A stretch of DNA of 60,911 bases from Candidatus Limnocylindria bacterium (GTDB taxonomy: Bacteria > Chloroflexota > Limnocylindria > P2-11E): assembly GCA_035708565.1 (NCBI GenBank), contig DASSSF010000097.1, forward strand, positions 1 to 60,911, read 5' to 3'. A program made the position numbers and the translations under genes. Below are positions 52,965-60,911 of this stretch, one piece after another. The notes under the pieces are model-generated. The model searched no databases and was not told the DNA's origin. It saw only the letters and a program-made list of their open reading frames with translations. The stretch's first letter is position 1; each line of letters begins with the position of its first letter.

Positions 52965-53557
52965 CCCGGGTACGACATCTCGCCGGCGCGCACCTCGGCC
53001 TCGAGCCAGTTCTCGCGCGGCGCGAGGGGGCATGACCAGCGCACGTCGTAGTGGCACGACGGGTGGTACGCGAAGTTGAGGTCGAGGACCAGCTCGCCGC
53101 GCTCGTTCGAGCCGAGGTCGGCGCCCTTCACCGTGTCGATGAGGTACCGCCCGCCGCCGTACGTCTCCTTCCCGCTCGTCCCGTCGCGGAACGGGATGAA
53201 CACGCCGCCGCCGTAGACGTCGACCCAGAAGACGTCGAGCGACCCGATCGGGAGCTCGACGACGCCGAAGCGGCGCATCGCGAGCGCTTCGCCGGTGGTC
53301 GTCCGGAGCTCGAAGCGGTCGCCGGGGCGGGCGCGCACGCGCCCCGCGAAGCGGAAGGCGGGGTCGTACTCCCAGTAGCGGAGCCCGGAGAACGCGGCGC
53401 GGCCCTCGGGCGGGAGCGGCGACTGCGGGTGCTCGCGGAACAGCTGGTCGCGGATCGCGCGCCAGCGGACGTGGCCCACGCGCGGCCCGAGCGTCCGCAC
53501 CTCGTCGTACATCGCGTCGACGCGGCGGCGCCAGTCGAGGAGGTCGAGCTCGTCCAC
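52961..53557 (-). CDS. DUF1684-domain protein
   Basis: 'GGRYLIDT...LDLNFAYHPSCHY...WSCPLAPRENWL' is a pattern I recognise as DUF1684. ATGA overlap with the MFS gene. Confidence 0.7.
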   Translation of the reverse strand: MDELDLLDWRRRVDAMYDEVRTLGPRVGHVRWRAIRDQLFREHPQSPLPPEGRAAFSGLRYWEYDPAFRFAGRVRARPGDRFELRTTTGEALAMRRFGVVELPIGSLDVFWVDVYGGGVFIPFRDGTSGKETYGGGRYLIDTVKGADLGSNERGELVLDLNFAYHPSCHYDVRWSCPLAPRENWLEAEVRAGEMSYPG

Positions 53558-54924
53558 TAGCGCAGCGAGAGCGCGGCCTTCGCGAACAGGCCGCCCATGA
53601 CGCGCGCGGTCGTCGGGAACGCGTGGATCGTGTCGGCGAGCACCGCGAGCGGCGTGCGGAGCTTGACCGCGAGCACCGCCTCGTGGATCGCCTCCGCCGC
53701 GCCGGGCCCGCCGATGAAGGCCCCGGCGAGGGTCCGCGCCTTCCGGTCGACGACGATCGAGACGTGGCCCCTCCCTTCCACGACGTAGCCCTTCGCGCTC
53801 GTCGCGAGGTCGGCCGTCTCCTCGGCGGCGTCGATGCCGCGCTCGCGCGCCTGCTCGAGCAGCAGGCCGACCGCGGCGGTCTCGGGGTCGGTGTACACGC
53901 AGCGCGGCGTGGCGCCGAAGTCCGCGCGCGCGTCCTCGCCCAGGATCACGCGGACCGCCACCTCGCCCTCGTAATGGCCGAGGTGCGTCGAGAGCTCGCG
54001 GCCGATCGCGTCACCGATCGCGAAGACGTGCTCGGCCACGCGGAGATCGTCGCCGACCGCGAGCGCGTCCGCGCCGTCGTAGGCGACGCCGATGCGGTCG
54101 AGCCCGAGCCCGCGGAGCGCCGGCGCGGCGGTCCGGCCGACGTTCAGCTCGACGACCTCCGCCGTGACGGTCGATCCGTCGGCGAGATCGACGGCGTGCG
54201 CGCCGCCGTCACCCGCGCGCGGGCGCACGCGCTCGGCGCGCGCGTGCTCGCGCACGTCGACGCCGTCCGCGCGGAGGGCCTCGGCGAGCAGCGCGGAGCT
54301 TCGGGGGTGGTCGGTCGGGTTCACCTGCCGCGGGCTGACGATCGTCGTGCGCACGCCGTAGCGCGCGTAGACCTGCGCGAGCTCGACGCCCGAGGGCCCC
54401 GCGCCGAGGATGGCGATGCTCCGCGGCAGCTCGCGCAGGCTCGTCCCCTCCTTGTTCGTCCAGAACGTCGCCTCCGCGAGCCCCGGGATCGGCGGCTCCT
54501 TGGCCACGGAGCCCACCGCGATCACGACGTCGCGCGCGCGCAGCGTGCGCACCGCCCCGTCATGCGCGACCTCGAGCGTGCCGGGCGCGGCGAAGCGGGC
54601 GGTCCCGCGGATCGCGGTCGCGCCGGCCTCCTCGAGCGCGCGGATGTGGCGCGCGTCGTCCGGATACGTCCGCGGCGGCTCGCGCACGATCATCCAGTCG
54701 CGGAAGCGTGAGGCGCGAGGCCAGGGGAACTCGCCGCCGCGGTGGTGCACCTCGGCCGCGTGGAGCAGCGCCTTCGACGGCATGCAGCCCCAGAACGCGC
54801 ACGTCCCGCCGAAGAGGTCGCGGTCGACCACGGCGACGCTCAGGCCCCGATCGAGCGCGTAGTTGGCGGCGGCCTCGCCGCTCGCGCCCGCGCCGATGAC
54901 CACGAGGTCGAAGTCGCCGCTCAT
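53557..54924 (-). CDS. pyridine nucleotide-disulfide oxidoreductase (dihydrolipoyl dehydrogenase / mercuric reductase-like)
   Basis: ATG at 54924. 'DLVVIGAGASG' (FAD), redox-active disulfide 'GGTCAFWGCMPSK', and a C-terminal dimerisation motif 'HAFPT'. Confidence 0.85.
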   Translation of the reverse strand: MSGDFDLVVIGAGASGEAAANYALDRGLSVAVVDRDLFGGTCAFWGCMPSKALLHAAEVHHRGGEFPWPRASRFRDWMIVREPPRTYPDDARHIRALEEAGATAIRGTARFAAPGTLEVAHDGAVRTLRARDVVIAVGSVAKEPPIPGLAEATFWTNKEGTSLRELPRSIAILGAGPSGVELAQVYARYGVRTTIVSPRQVNPTDHPRSSALLAEALRADGVDVREHARAERVRPRAGDGGAHAVDLADGSTVTAEVVELNVGRTAAPALRGLGLDRIGVAYDGADALAVGDDLRVAEHVFAIGDAIGRELSTHLGHYEGEVAVRVILGEDARADFGATPRCVYTDPETAAVGLLLEQARERGIDAAEETADLATSAKGYVVEGRGHVSIVVDRKARTLAGAFIGGPGAAEAIHEAVLAVKLRTPLAVLADTIHAFPTTARVMGGLFAKAALSLR

Positions 54925-55271
54925 CGCGTCGCGGTGTACCAGACGGAGCCGTCGCGGGCCGTGACGAACACGCGGAGCTCGTCGCCGATCCACGAGCACG
55001 CGACGTCGCGCGCGTCGGGGGCGCCGGCGAGGTCGCGCCACTCGACCCAGCGCGTGCCGTCCCACCAGCGGTGCCGCACGCGGCCGCGCGTGTCGACGGC
55101 CATCACGTCGATGCGGTCCGCGGCGCGGGCCGAGGCGGCGACCGCGCCCGCGAAGCCGTCGCCCATCGGCTCCCAGGGGTGCCAGGCCGTCCCGTCCCAG
55201 TAGCGGTTCCGGAGCACGCCGTCCTCATGCACCGCGAAGATCTCGGACTCGAACGTGCCCCAGGACGCCAC
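54921..55271 (-). CDS. small Trp-rich beta-propeller-blade repeat protein (hypothetical)
   Basis: Two to three repeats of about 45 aa ('...VLRNRYWDGTAWHPWEPMG', '...RVRHRWWDGTRWVEWRDLAG'). ATGA overlap with the downstream oxidoreductase. The start is uncertain: GTG at 55271, or TTG at 55343, which would overlap the upstream gene. Confidence 0.4.
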   Translation of the reverse strand: MASWGTFESEIFAVHEDGVLRNRYWDGTAWHPWEPMGDGFAGAVAASARAADRIDVMAVDTRGRVRHRWWDGTRWVEWRDLAGAPDARDVACSWIGDELRVFVTARDGSVWYTATR

Positions 55272-55312
55272 GGCGGCACCGCGGACGGCGCCGCCGAGCG
55301 ACGTCCAGGCGG

Positions 55313-56245
55313 CTATCGGATCAGCCCCTGCTTCTTGAGCCAATCGCGCGCGACGTCCTTGGCGTCCTTCTTGTCGATGTCGACCTGCCTGTTGAGGTCG
55401 GTGAGCGCCTCGGTCGTGAGCTTCGCGGACACGCCGTTGAGGACGCGCCGGAGGTCGGCCTCGGCCCTGTTGAGCAGGTCGTTGCGCACGACCGGCACGA
55501 CGTTGTCGGCGGCCTGGAGCTTCTTGTCGTCCTCGAGCAGCACGAAGCCGTTCGCGGCGATCCGCCCGTCCGTCGAGAAGAGCAGGCCGACGTCGACCTG
55601 GCCGGCCTGCACCGCCGCCACCGTGAGCGGGCCGCCCGCGTCGAGCGGCTTGAACTCCTTGAACGTGATGCCGTACGTGTCCTTGAGGCCCTGGAGGCAG
55701 AACGGGCGCTGCGGGCACTCGGGCGGCGCGCCGAGCGTGAGCTGCCCGGCGACGGCCGCGAGGTCGCTCATCTTCCTCAGCTTGTGCTTGTCGGCGGTCG
55801 CCTTCGTCACGACGAACGCGTTCGTGTCGATCGCGTTCGCGAAGTCGAGCGCCGTGATGCTCTTCGGGCGCAGCGCCTCCTGGTACTGGCGGTAGGCGGT
55901 CGCCGGGTCGCCGATCTTCGCGCTCGCCTTGGTGACGAACGCGAGCGACGTCGCGAGGTACTCCGGCACGATCTCGATCTCGCCCTTCTCGAGCGCGGGG
56001 AAGACGATCTCCCGGTTCCCGAGCTTGCTCCGGTGGGTGTACTTGAAGCCGGCGTCCTCGAGCGCGAGGCCGTAGACCTCGCCGAGGATGACGCTCTCCG
56101 TGAAGTTGAACGAGCCGATCGTCACGCCCGGCAGCTGCTTGCCCGCCGTCGTGGCGCCGGGGGCGCCCGTGCCGCCGCCGCCGCAGGCCGCGAGGATCGT
56201 GGCGAGCACGAGGCAGACGGCGAGGAGTCGACGTGTGCGGGACAT
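55313..56245 (-). CDS. osmoprotectant (glycine betaine/choline/carnitine) ABC transporter substrate-binding lipoprotein
   Basis: Lipobox 'ILAAC'. 'IGSFNFTESVILGEVY...FPALEKGEIEIVPEY' is the OpuCC/OpuBC family pattern. Confidence 0.85.
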   Translation of the reverse strand: MSRTRRLLAVCLVLATILAACGGGGTGAPGATTAGKQLPGVTIGSFNFTESVILGEVYGLALEDAGFKYTHRSKLGNREIVFPALEKGEIEIVPEYLATSLAFVTKASAKIGDPATAYRQYQEALRPKSITALDFANAIDTNAFVVTKATADKHKLRKMSDLAAVAGQLTLGAPPECPQRPFCLQGLKDTYGITFKEFKPLDAGGPLTVAAVQAGQVDVGLLFSTDGRIAANGFVLLEDDKKLQAADNVVPVVRNDLLNRAEADLRRVLNGVSAKLTTEALTDLNRQVDIDKKDAKDVARDWLKKQGLIR

Positions 56246-56306
56246 CGTGGGCCCTCCATCTCGGCCGAAGCCGCGGCGGCGAACTCTTAGGTCTCTCCGC
56301 CTGGAC

Positions 56307-56978
56307 CTAGGAACGATAGGGCGAGACGGATCGTTCCAGTGCCCCGAGGGCCAGCTCGGTCGCGATCGCGAGGAGCGCCACCAGGAGCGCGCCCGCGAAG
56401 AGGCGCTCGTACTCCTGGAGCGCGAGCCCGTCGACGATGTAACGCCCTAGACCGCCGCCGGCGACGAGCGCGCCGAGCGTCGCCGTCGCGACGATCGCGA
56501 CCGCGGCGCCGCGGATGCCCGCGAGGATCACCGGCGCCGCGAGCGGCAGCTCGACCTGCGAGAGGATCCGCGCCTCGCCGAGCCCCATGCCGCGGGCGGC
56601 CTCGACCACGTCGCGGTCCACCTGCCGGATCCCGACGTACGTGTTCGTCACGATCGGCGGCAGGCCGAGCGGGATCATCGCGAGGACGGTCGGGAAGGAC
56701 CCGAGGCCCTGGCCGAGGGCGAAGGACACCGGCAGCGCGAGCGCGATCATCGCGAACGACGGCAGGGCGCGGCCGAAGGCGGCGACGTTCACCGCGAAGA
56801 ACCCGCCACGCCCGGCATGGCCGAGCGCGAGACCGATCGGAAGCGCGATGGCCGCCGCGACCGCGAGCGCGAGCGCCGAGATCTGCACGTGCTCGATCAG
56901 GCGGTTCGGGATCCCGTCGCCGCCGGACCAGCGCGCCGGAGCCGCGAGCCACGCGCCGACCGACGCGAGGAACTCCAC
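56307..56978 (-). CDS. osmoprotectant ABC transporter permease
   Basis: 5-6 TM segments and an EAA loop 'DVVEAARGMGLGEARILSQVELPLAAPVILAG'. Confidence 0.85.
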   Translation of the reverse strand: MEFLASVGAWLAAPARWSGGDGIPNRLIEHVQISALALAVAAAIALPIGLALGHAGRGGFFAVNVAAFGRALPSFAMIALALPVSFALGQGLGSFPTVLAMIPLGLPPIVTNTYVGIRQVDRDVVEAARGMGLGEARILSQVELPLAAPVILAGIRGAAVAIVATATLGALVAGGGLGRYIVDGLALQEYERLFAGALLVALLAIATELALGALERSVSPYRS

Positions 56979-57659
56979 CTAGGTCGCACCGATGCGCGCG
57001 AGCGCGCGCTCCGGCTCGCGCCACGGCGTGAGGGCGCGCTCCACGACCGCGAGCGCGCTGTCGATGACGACCGCGAGGAGCACCGAGAGGACCGCGCCGA
57101 GGATGAGCGGCGTCGAGAAGAACCGCTGGATCCCGTCGAGGATGAACGCGCCGAGACCGCCCTGGCCGATCAGCGCCGTGACCGTCACGAGCCCGATCGT
57201 CGACACGGTCGCGACGCGCAGGCCGGCGACGATCACCGGCAGCGCGATCGGGAGCTCGACGCCCCACAGCACCTGGCGCGGTGCGTAGCCCATCCCGCGC
57301 GCGGCGTCGCGGACCTCCTCGGGCACCGAGCGGATGCCCACGACCACGTTGCGGACGAGGATGAGGAGCGTGTAGGACACGAGGCCGATCTCGGCGGTGA
57401 GGACCGACAGCCCGCTGAACGGGATGAGGAGCGCGAACAGCGCGAGCGACGGGATCGTGTACAGGACGCCGCTGGCCCAGACGGCGCCGGCATAGAGGCG
57501 CTCGCGGCGCGCGACCGCGAGGCCGACGGGCAGCGCGATCGCGAGACCGACGGCGACCGCGATCCCCGTGAGGATCAGGTGCTCGCCGATGCGGGTCGCG
57601 ATCTCACCCGCGTGCGACGCGATCCAGTCCCAGCGGACCAGGGGCTCGCCCGGCGTCAC
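56979..57659 (-). CDS. osmoprotectant ABC transporter permease
   Basis: GTG at 57659 with a GTGA overlap with the ATPase gene. EAA loop 'EVRDAARGMGYAPRQVLWGVELPIALPVIVAG'. Confidence 0.85.
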   Translation of the reverse strand: MTPGEPLVRWDWIASHAGEIATRIGEHLILTGIAVAVGLAIALPVGLAVARRERLYAGAVWASGVLYTIPSLALFALLIPFSGLSVLTAEIGLVSYTLLILVRNVVVGIRSVPEEVRDAARGMGYAPRQVLWGVELPIALPVIVAGLRVATVSTIGLVTVTALIGQGGLGAFILDGIQRFFSTPLILGAVLSVLLAVVIDSALAVVERALTPWREPERALARIGAT

Positions 57660-58723
57660 TCCGCCCTCTCGAACGTCGACGCGATCTCGTCGATCCCGAT
57701 CACGCCGACGTAGCGCCCCTCGTCGTCGACGACGACCCCGTCGCGGACCGCCGCGGCGAGCAGGAGGGACAGCGCGTCGCGGGCGCGCGTCGACCGGCGG
57801 AGGATCGGCGACGACGGATCGGGCGCGAGATCCGGCCGCGCGCGGTTCACCCAGCCGATCGGCTTCCGGTCCGGCCCGAGCCGCAGGACGAAGCCCTCGC
57901 CGCCGCCGAGCGGCGCGCCGTCGGCGAGCGTGTCGGCCTGCCGCAGCGGCAGCTCGCCGACGGGGACGAGCGCGAGCCGCTTGAGCCCGCGGTCCGCGCC
58001 GACGACGCGCGCGACGAAGTCGTCGGCCGGCGAGTCGAGCAGCACCGCGGGCGGCGCGTACTGGACGAGCCGGCCGTCCCGCAGCACCGCGACGTGGTCG
58101 CCGAGCTTGATCGCCTCGTCGATGTCGTGCGTCACGAAGACCACCGTGGTGCCGAGGGCGCGCTGGATGCGGAGGAACTCGTCCTGGAGACGTTCGCGCA
58201 CGATCGGGTCGACCGCGCCGAACGGCTCGTCCATCAGCAGGAGCGGCGGCTCGGCGGCGAGCGCGCGCGCGACGCCGACGCGCTGGCGCTCGCCGCCCGA
58301 GAGCTGCGCGGGATAGCGCGGCAGGAAGGAGCGGTCGAGCCCGATGAGCTCCACGAGCTCGTCGACACGGGCGGCGACGCGCTCCCCCTTCCAGCCGAGG
58401 AGCCGCGGCACGGTCGCGATGTTGTCGGCGACGGTCCGGTGCGGGAACAGCCCGACCTGCTGGATCACGTAGCCGATGCGGCGCCGGAGCGCCGCCGGAT
58501 CCTCGCGCCGGGCGTCCGCGCCGTCGATGAGGATCTCGCCCGTCGTGGGCTCGACGAGCCGGTTGATCATGCGGAGGCTCGTCGTCTTCCCGGAGCCGCT
58601 CGGGCCGACGAGGATGCACACGGCGCCGGCCGGGACCTCCAGCGTGAGGTCGTCGACCGCGGCCTTCCCGCCGTAGCGCTTGGTCACGTGGCGCAGCTCG
58701 AGCGTCGACCCGGAACGGCTCAC
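57656..58723 (-). CDS. osmoprotectant ABC transporter ATP-binding protein with a C-terminal CBS pair
   Basis: GTG at 58723. 'GPSGSGKTT', 'LSGGERQRVGVARAL' and 'LLMDEPFGAVD'. The C-terminal ~120 aa are CBS-like. Confidence 0.85.
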   Translation of the reverse strand: MSRSGSTLELRHVTKRYGGKAAVDDLTLEVPAGAVCILVGPSGSGKTTSLRMINRLVEPTTGEILIDGADARREDPAALRRRIGYVIQQVGLFPHRTVADNIATVPRLLGWKGERVAARVDELVELIGLDRSFLPRYPAQLSGGERQRVGVARALAAEPPLLLMDEPFGAVDPIVRERLQDEFLRIQRALGTTVVFVTHDIDEAIKLGDHVAVLRDGRLVQYAPPAVLLDSPADDFVARVVGADRGLKRLALVPVGELPLRQADTLADGAPLGGGEGFVLRLGPDRKPIGWVNRARPDLAPDPSSPILRRSTRARDALSLLLAAAVRDGVVVDDEGRYVGVIGIDEIASTFERAE

Positions 58724-58790
58724 TCCCGCATTCTCAGGGCAGCGGGCGAGCGCTAGTCTCTCGGGCGGCCGCCGCGTGAGGGAGGGACCC

Positions 58791-59822
58791 ATGCGCACCG
58801 TCGCCCGTCGCCTGTTCGCGATCCGAAGCGTGCCCGCCTCCGTCGTCGTCATCACCGCCGCCGTGTCGTACGTCGCTCAGATGATCGCGATCATCCAGGG
58901 CTGGCCGCTCTGGGCGATCGCCGGCGTGACGCTCCTGCCGTGGATCCCGCTCTTCACGATCGAGATGGCCTGGACGTACCGCCACTACGAGTGGCTCGCG
59001 CTCTTCTACGTGCTCGTGATCACGCAGGTCGGCCACTTCATCGAGCACGTCACGCAGATGGTCCAGATCCACGTGCTCGGCCTCAAGGGCCTCGACGCGC
59101 GCGGCATCTTCGGGCAGCTCGACGTGGAGTGGGTGCACTTCACCTGGAACACGTGGATCATCGTCGCCGTCCTCCTGCTCCTGACGCGCTTCCGCGGGAA
59201 CCGGTGGCTCTGGGCGACGCTCGTGCTAGCCGGCTGGCACGAGATCGAGCATCTCGTGATCATGTCGGCGTTCCTCGCGACCGGGAAGGCGGGGACGCCG
59301 GGCCTCCTGTCGCAGGGCGGGCTGATCCTCGGCGGGCTGCCGCTGCCGCGACCCGACGTGCACTTCATCTACAACCTGATCGAGACGACGCCGCTCGCGG
59401 TCGCGTTCGTCGTCGAGCTCCGCCGCGCCTACGACCAGTGGGTGCGCCGCGCGCTCCCGAGCCTCTCCGAGAAGGAGCTCGTCGAGGCCACCGACCGCGC
59501 GCAGGTGCTGCGCTTCCGCGCGGGCGACGACGTCGTGCGCGAGGGCGAGCCCGCGGACCGCTTCTACATCGTGACGAAAGGCGAGCTCGCGGTGAGCCAG
59601 GCGATCGGGCAGATCGAGCGGCCGCTCCGGACGCTCGCGCCCGGCGACCACTTCGGCGAGATCGGCCTGCTGTCCCGCGCCAGGCGCACCGCGACCGTTC
59701 GCGCGCTCACGGACTCCGAGGTGCTGGCGTTCGACGCCAACACCTTCGGCGGCATCGTGCGCTCGAGCGAGGCCACCGCGCGCGACCTCGCGCGTGTCGC
59801 GCAGGAGCGGCTCGCCACCTAG
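58791..59822 (+). CDS. polytopic membrane protein with a duplicated H-x-I-E-H motif fused to a C-terminal cyclic-nucleotide-binding domain
   Basis: The ATG at 58791 is preceded by GAGGGAGGGA. About 215-aa membrane domain ('GHFIEHV', 'WHEIEHL'). cNMP-binding domain with a canonical 'FGEIGLLSRARRTATVRA'. Confidence 0.75.
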   Translation: MRTVARRLFAIRSVPASVVVITAAVSYVAQMIAIIQGWPLWAIAGVTLLPWIPLFTIEMAWTYRHYEWLALFYVLVITQVGHFIEHVTQMVQIHVLGLKGLDARGIFGQLDVEWVHFTWNTWIIVAVLLLLTRFRGNRWLWATLVLAGWHEIEHLVIMSAFLATGKAGTPGLLSQGGLILGGLPLPRPDVHFIYNLIETTPLAVAFVVELRRAYDQWVRRALPSLSEKELVEATDRAQVLRFRAGDDVVREGEPADRFYIVTKGELAVSQAIGQIERPLRTLAPGDHFGEIGLLSRARRTATVRALTDSEVLAFDANTFGGIVRSSEATARDLARVAQERLAT

Positions 59823-59845
59823 GCGGCGCGCGGACGTGCCGAACG

Positions 59846-59883
59846 GCCCGAGCGCAGCGCCTCCGCGGGCGCTACGCTCGGGC
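59846..59883 (+). terminator. long GC-rich hairpin after the cNMP-binding membrane protein gene
   Basis: GCCCGAGCGCAGCGCC-tccgcg-GGCGCTACGCTCGGGC: a 16-bp stem with one mismatch, 24 nt after the stop. Confidence 0.45.
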
Positions 59884-59918
59884 ACAGGCCCCTCCCAGCA
59901 CGTACGAAGGTGGATCAA

Positions 59919-60911
59919 GTGACGCACACCATCACCGTCATCCCGGGCGACGGCACGGGCCCGGAGATCGTGGCCGCCACGCGGCGCGCCATCGACGCGA
60001 CCGGCGTGAGGATCGAGTGGGACGTCCAGCAGATCGGCGTCCCGGCGATCGAGAAGTACGGGACGCCGTTCCCGCCTGAGGCGCTCGACAGCGTCCGGCG
60101 CAACAAGGTCGGCCTCAAGGGACCGCTGACGACGGAGCTGGGCAAAGGCTTCCGCTCGGTGAACGTGGCCCTGCGCAAGGAGTTCGACCTCTACGCGAAC
60201 CTCCGGCCCGCGCGCACGTACAAGGGCGTGCAGGCGCCGCTCGGCGAGGTGGACCTCGTCGTCGTGCGCGAGAACATCGAGGACCTCTACGCCGGGATCG
60301 AGTTCGACATCGGCACGAAAGAGCTCGCGGACGTGCGGGCCGCGATCGAGAAGGCCGGCGGTGCGAAGATCCGCGAGGACGCGGCGATCGCGATCAAGTA
60401 CATCAGCGAGTTCGGCACGCGCCGGATCGTGAAGTTCGCCTTCGAGCACGCCCGCGCGAACGGGCGGAAGAAGGTCACGGCGGTGCACAAGGCCAACGTG
60501 ATGAAGTTCGCCGACGGCCTGTGGCTGCGCGTCGCGGGCGAGGTCGCGAAGGACTACCCGGACATCGCCTTCGAGGACCGCATCGTCGACAACATGTGCA
60601 TGCAGCTCGTGCAGAAGCCGGAGCTCTACGACGTGCTCGTGCTCCCGAACCTGTACGGCGACATCGTGAGCGACCTCGTCGCCGGCCTCGTCGGCGGCCT
60701 CGGGGTCGCGCCGGGCGCGAACATCGGCGAGAACGGGGTCGCGGTGTTCGAGGCGATCCACGGCTCGGCACCGAAGTACGCGGGACAGAACAAGGTCAAC
60801 CCGATGGCGCTCATGCTCGCCGGCGTGCTGATGCTCCGGCACATCGGAGAGCGCGAGGCGGGCGACCGCCTCGAGCGCGCGATCGCGGACGTCGTCGCCG
60901 AGGGCAAGGAC
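59919..60911 (+). CDS. isocitrate/isopropylmalate dehydrogenase family protein (NAD-IDH-like), 3' end outside the window
   Basis: The GTG at 59919 is preceded by GAAGGTGGA. 'ITVIPGDGTGPEI', 'FRSVNVALRKEFDLYANLRP', 'NLYGDIVSD' and 'FEAIHGSAP'. The frame stays open to the window end, so it is absent from the ORF track. Confidence 0.85.
   Translation, partial: MTHTITVIPGDGTGPEIVAATRRAIDATGVRIEWDVQQIGVPAIEKYGTPFPPEALDSVRRNKVGLKGPLTTELGKGFRSVNVALRKEFDLYANLRPARTYKGVQAPLGEVDLVVVRENIEDLYAGIEFDIGTKELADVRAAIEKAGGAKIREDAAIAIKYISEFGTRRIVKFAFEHARANGRKKVTAVHKANVMKFADGLWLRVAGEVAKDYPDIAFEDRIVDNMCMQLVQKPELYDVLVLPNLYGDIVSDLVAGLVGGLGVAPGANIGENGVAVFEAIHGSAPKYAGQNKVNPMALMLAGVLMLRHIGEREAGDRLERAIADVVAEGKD

Overview
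Gene-dense bacterial chromosomal window that is very GC-rich (over 70% by eye, not computed). GTG and TTG starts are frequent and many adjacent genes have 1-4 nt start/stop overlaps, an actinobacterial-type style; I cannot assign taxonomy from sequence alone. I support about 65 protein genes, one tRNA-Gln(CUG), a decayed integrase fragment next to that tRNA, and a few GC-rich hairpin terminators. I see no rRNA, no CRISPR array and no intact mobile element.

Content is mostly housekeeping or accessory metabolism and transport:
- hisA and hisC, GTP-dependent PEP carboxykinase, and an IDH-family dehydrogenase
- three ABC systems, including an OpuC-like osmoprotectant importer
- two MFS pumps and azlCD
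- cell-wall remodelling genes: an ECF sigma/anti-sigma pair, a SpoIID-like protein and an M23 peptidase
- an unusually high density of second-messenger genes: two GGDEF proteins, one HD-GYP protein, a class III cyclase fused to a STAND ATPase, and two cNMP-binding proteins

The stand-out is a tightly packed minus-strand operon running from 34032 to 28899, preceded by a SARP-type regulator (34195-35745). A secreted S8 subtilase ends in nine tandem 5-aa units of consensus N-I-T-W-E. It is followed by a multi-pass membrane HD-GYP protein, then two small signal-peptide ORFs that each end in the same NITWE(E) motif, then a degenerate and a canonical GGDEF protein. I do not recognise this motif or architecture from any described system. 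I propose it as a candidate protease-processed peptide signal coupled to c-di-GMP turnover; this is inference and untested.

All boundaries come from hand inspection of the ORF track, and functions are assigned from motifs I recognise. No database search was possible.
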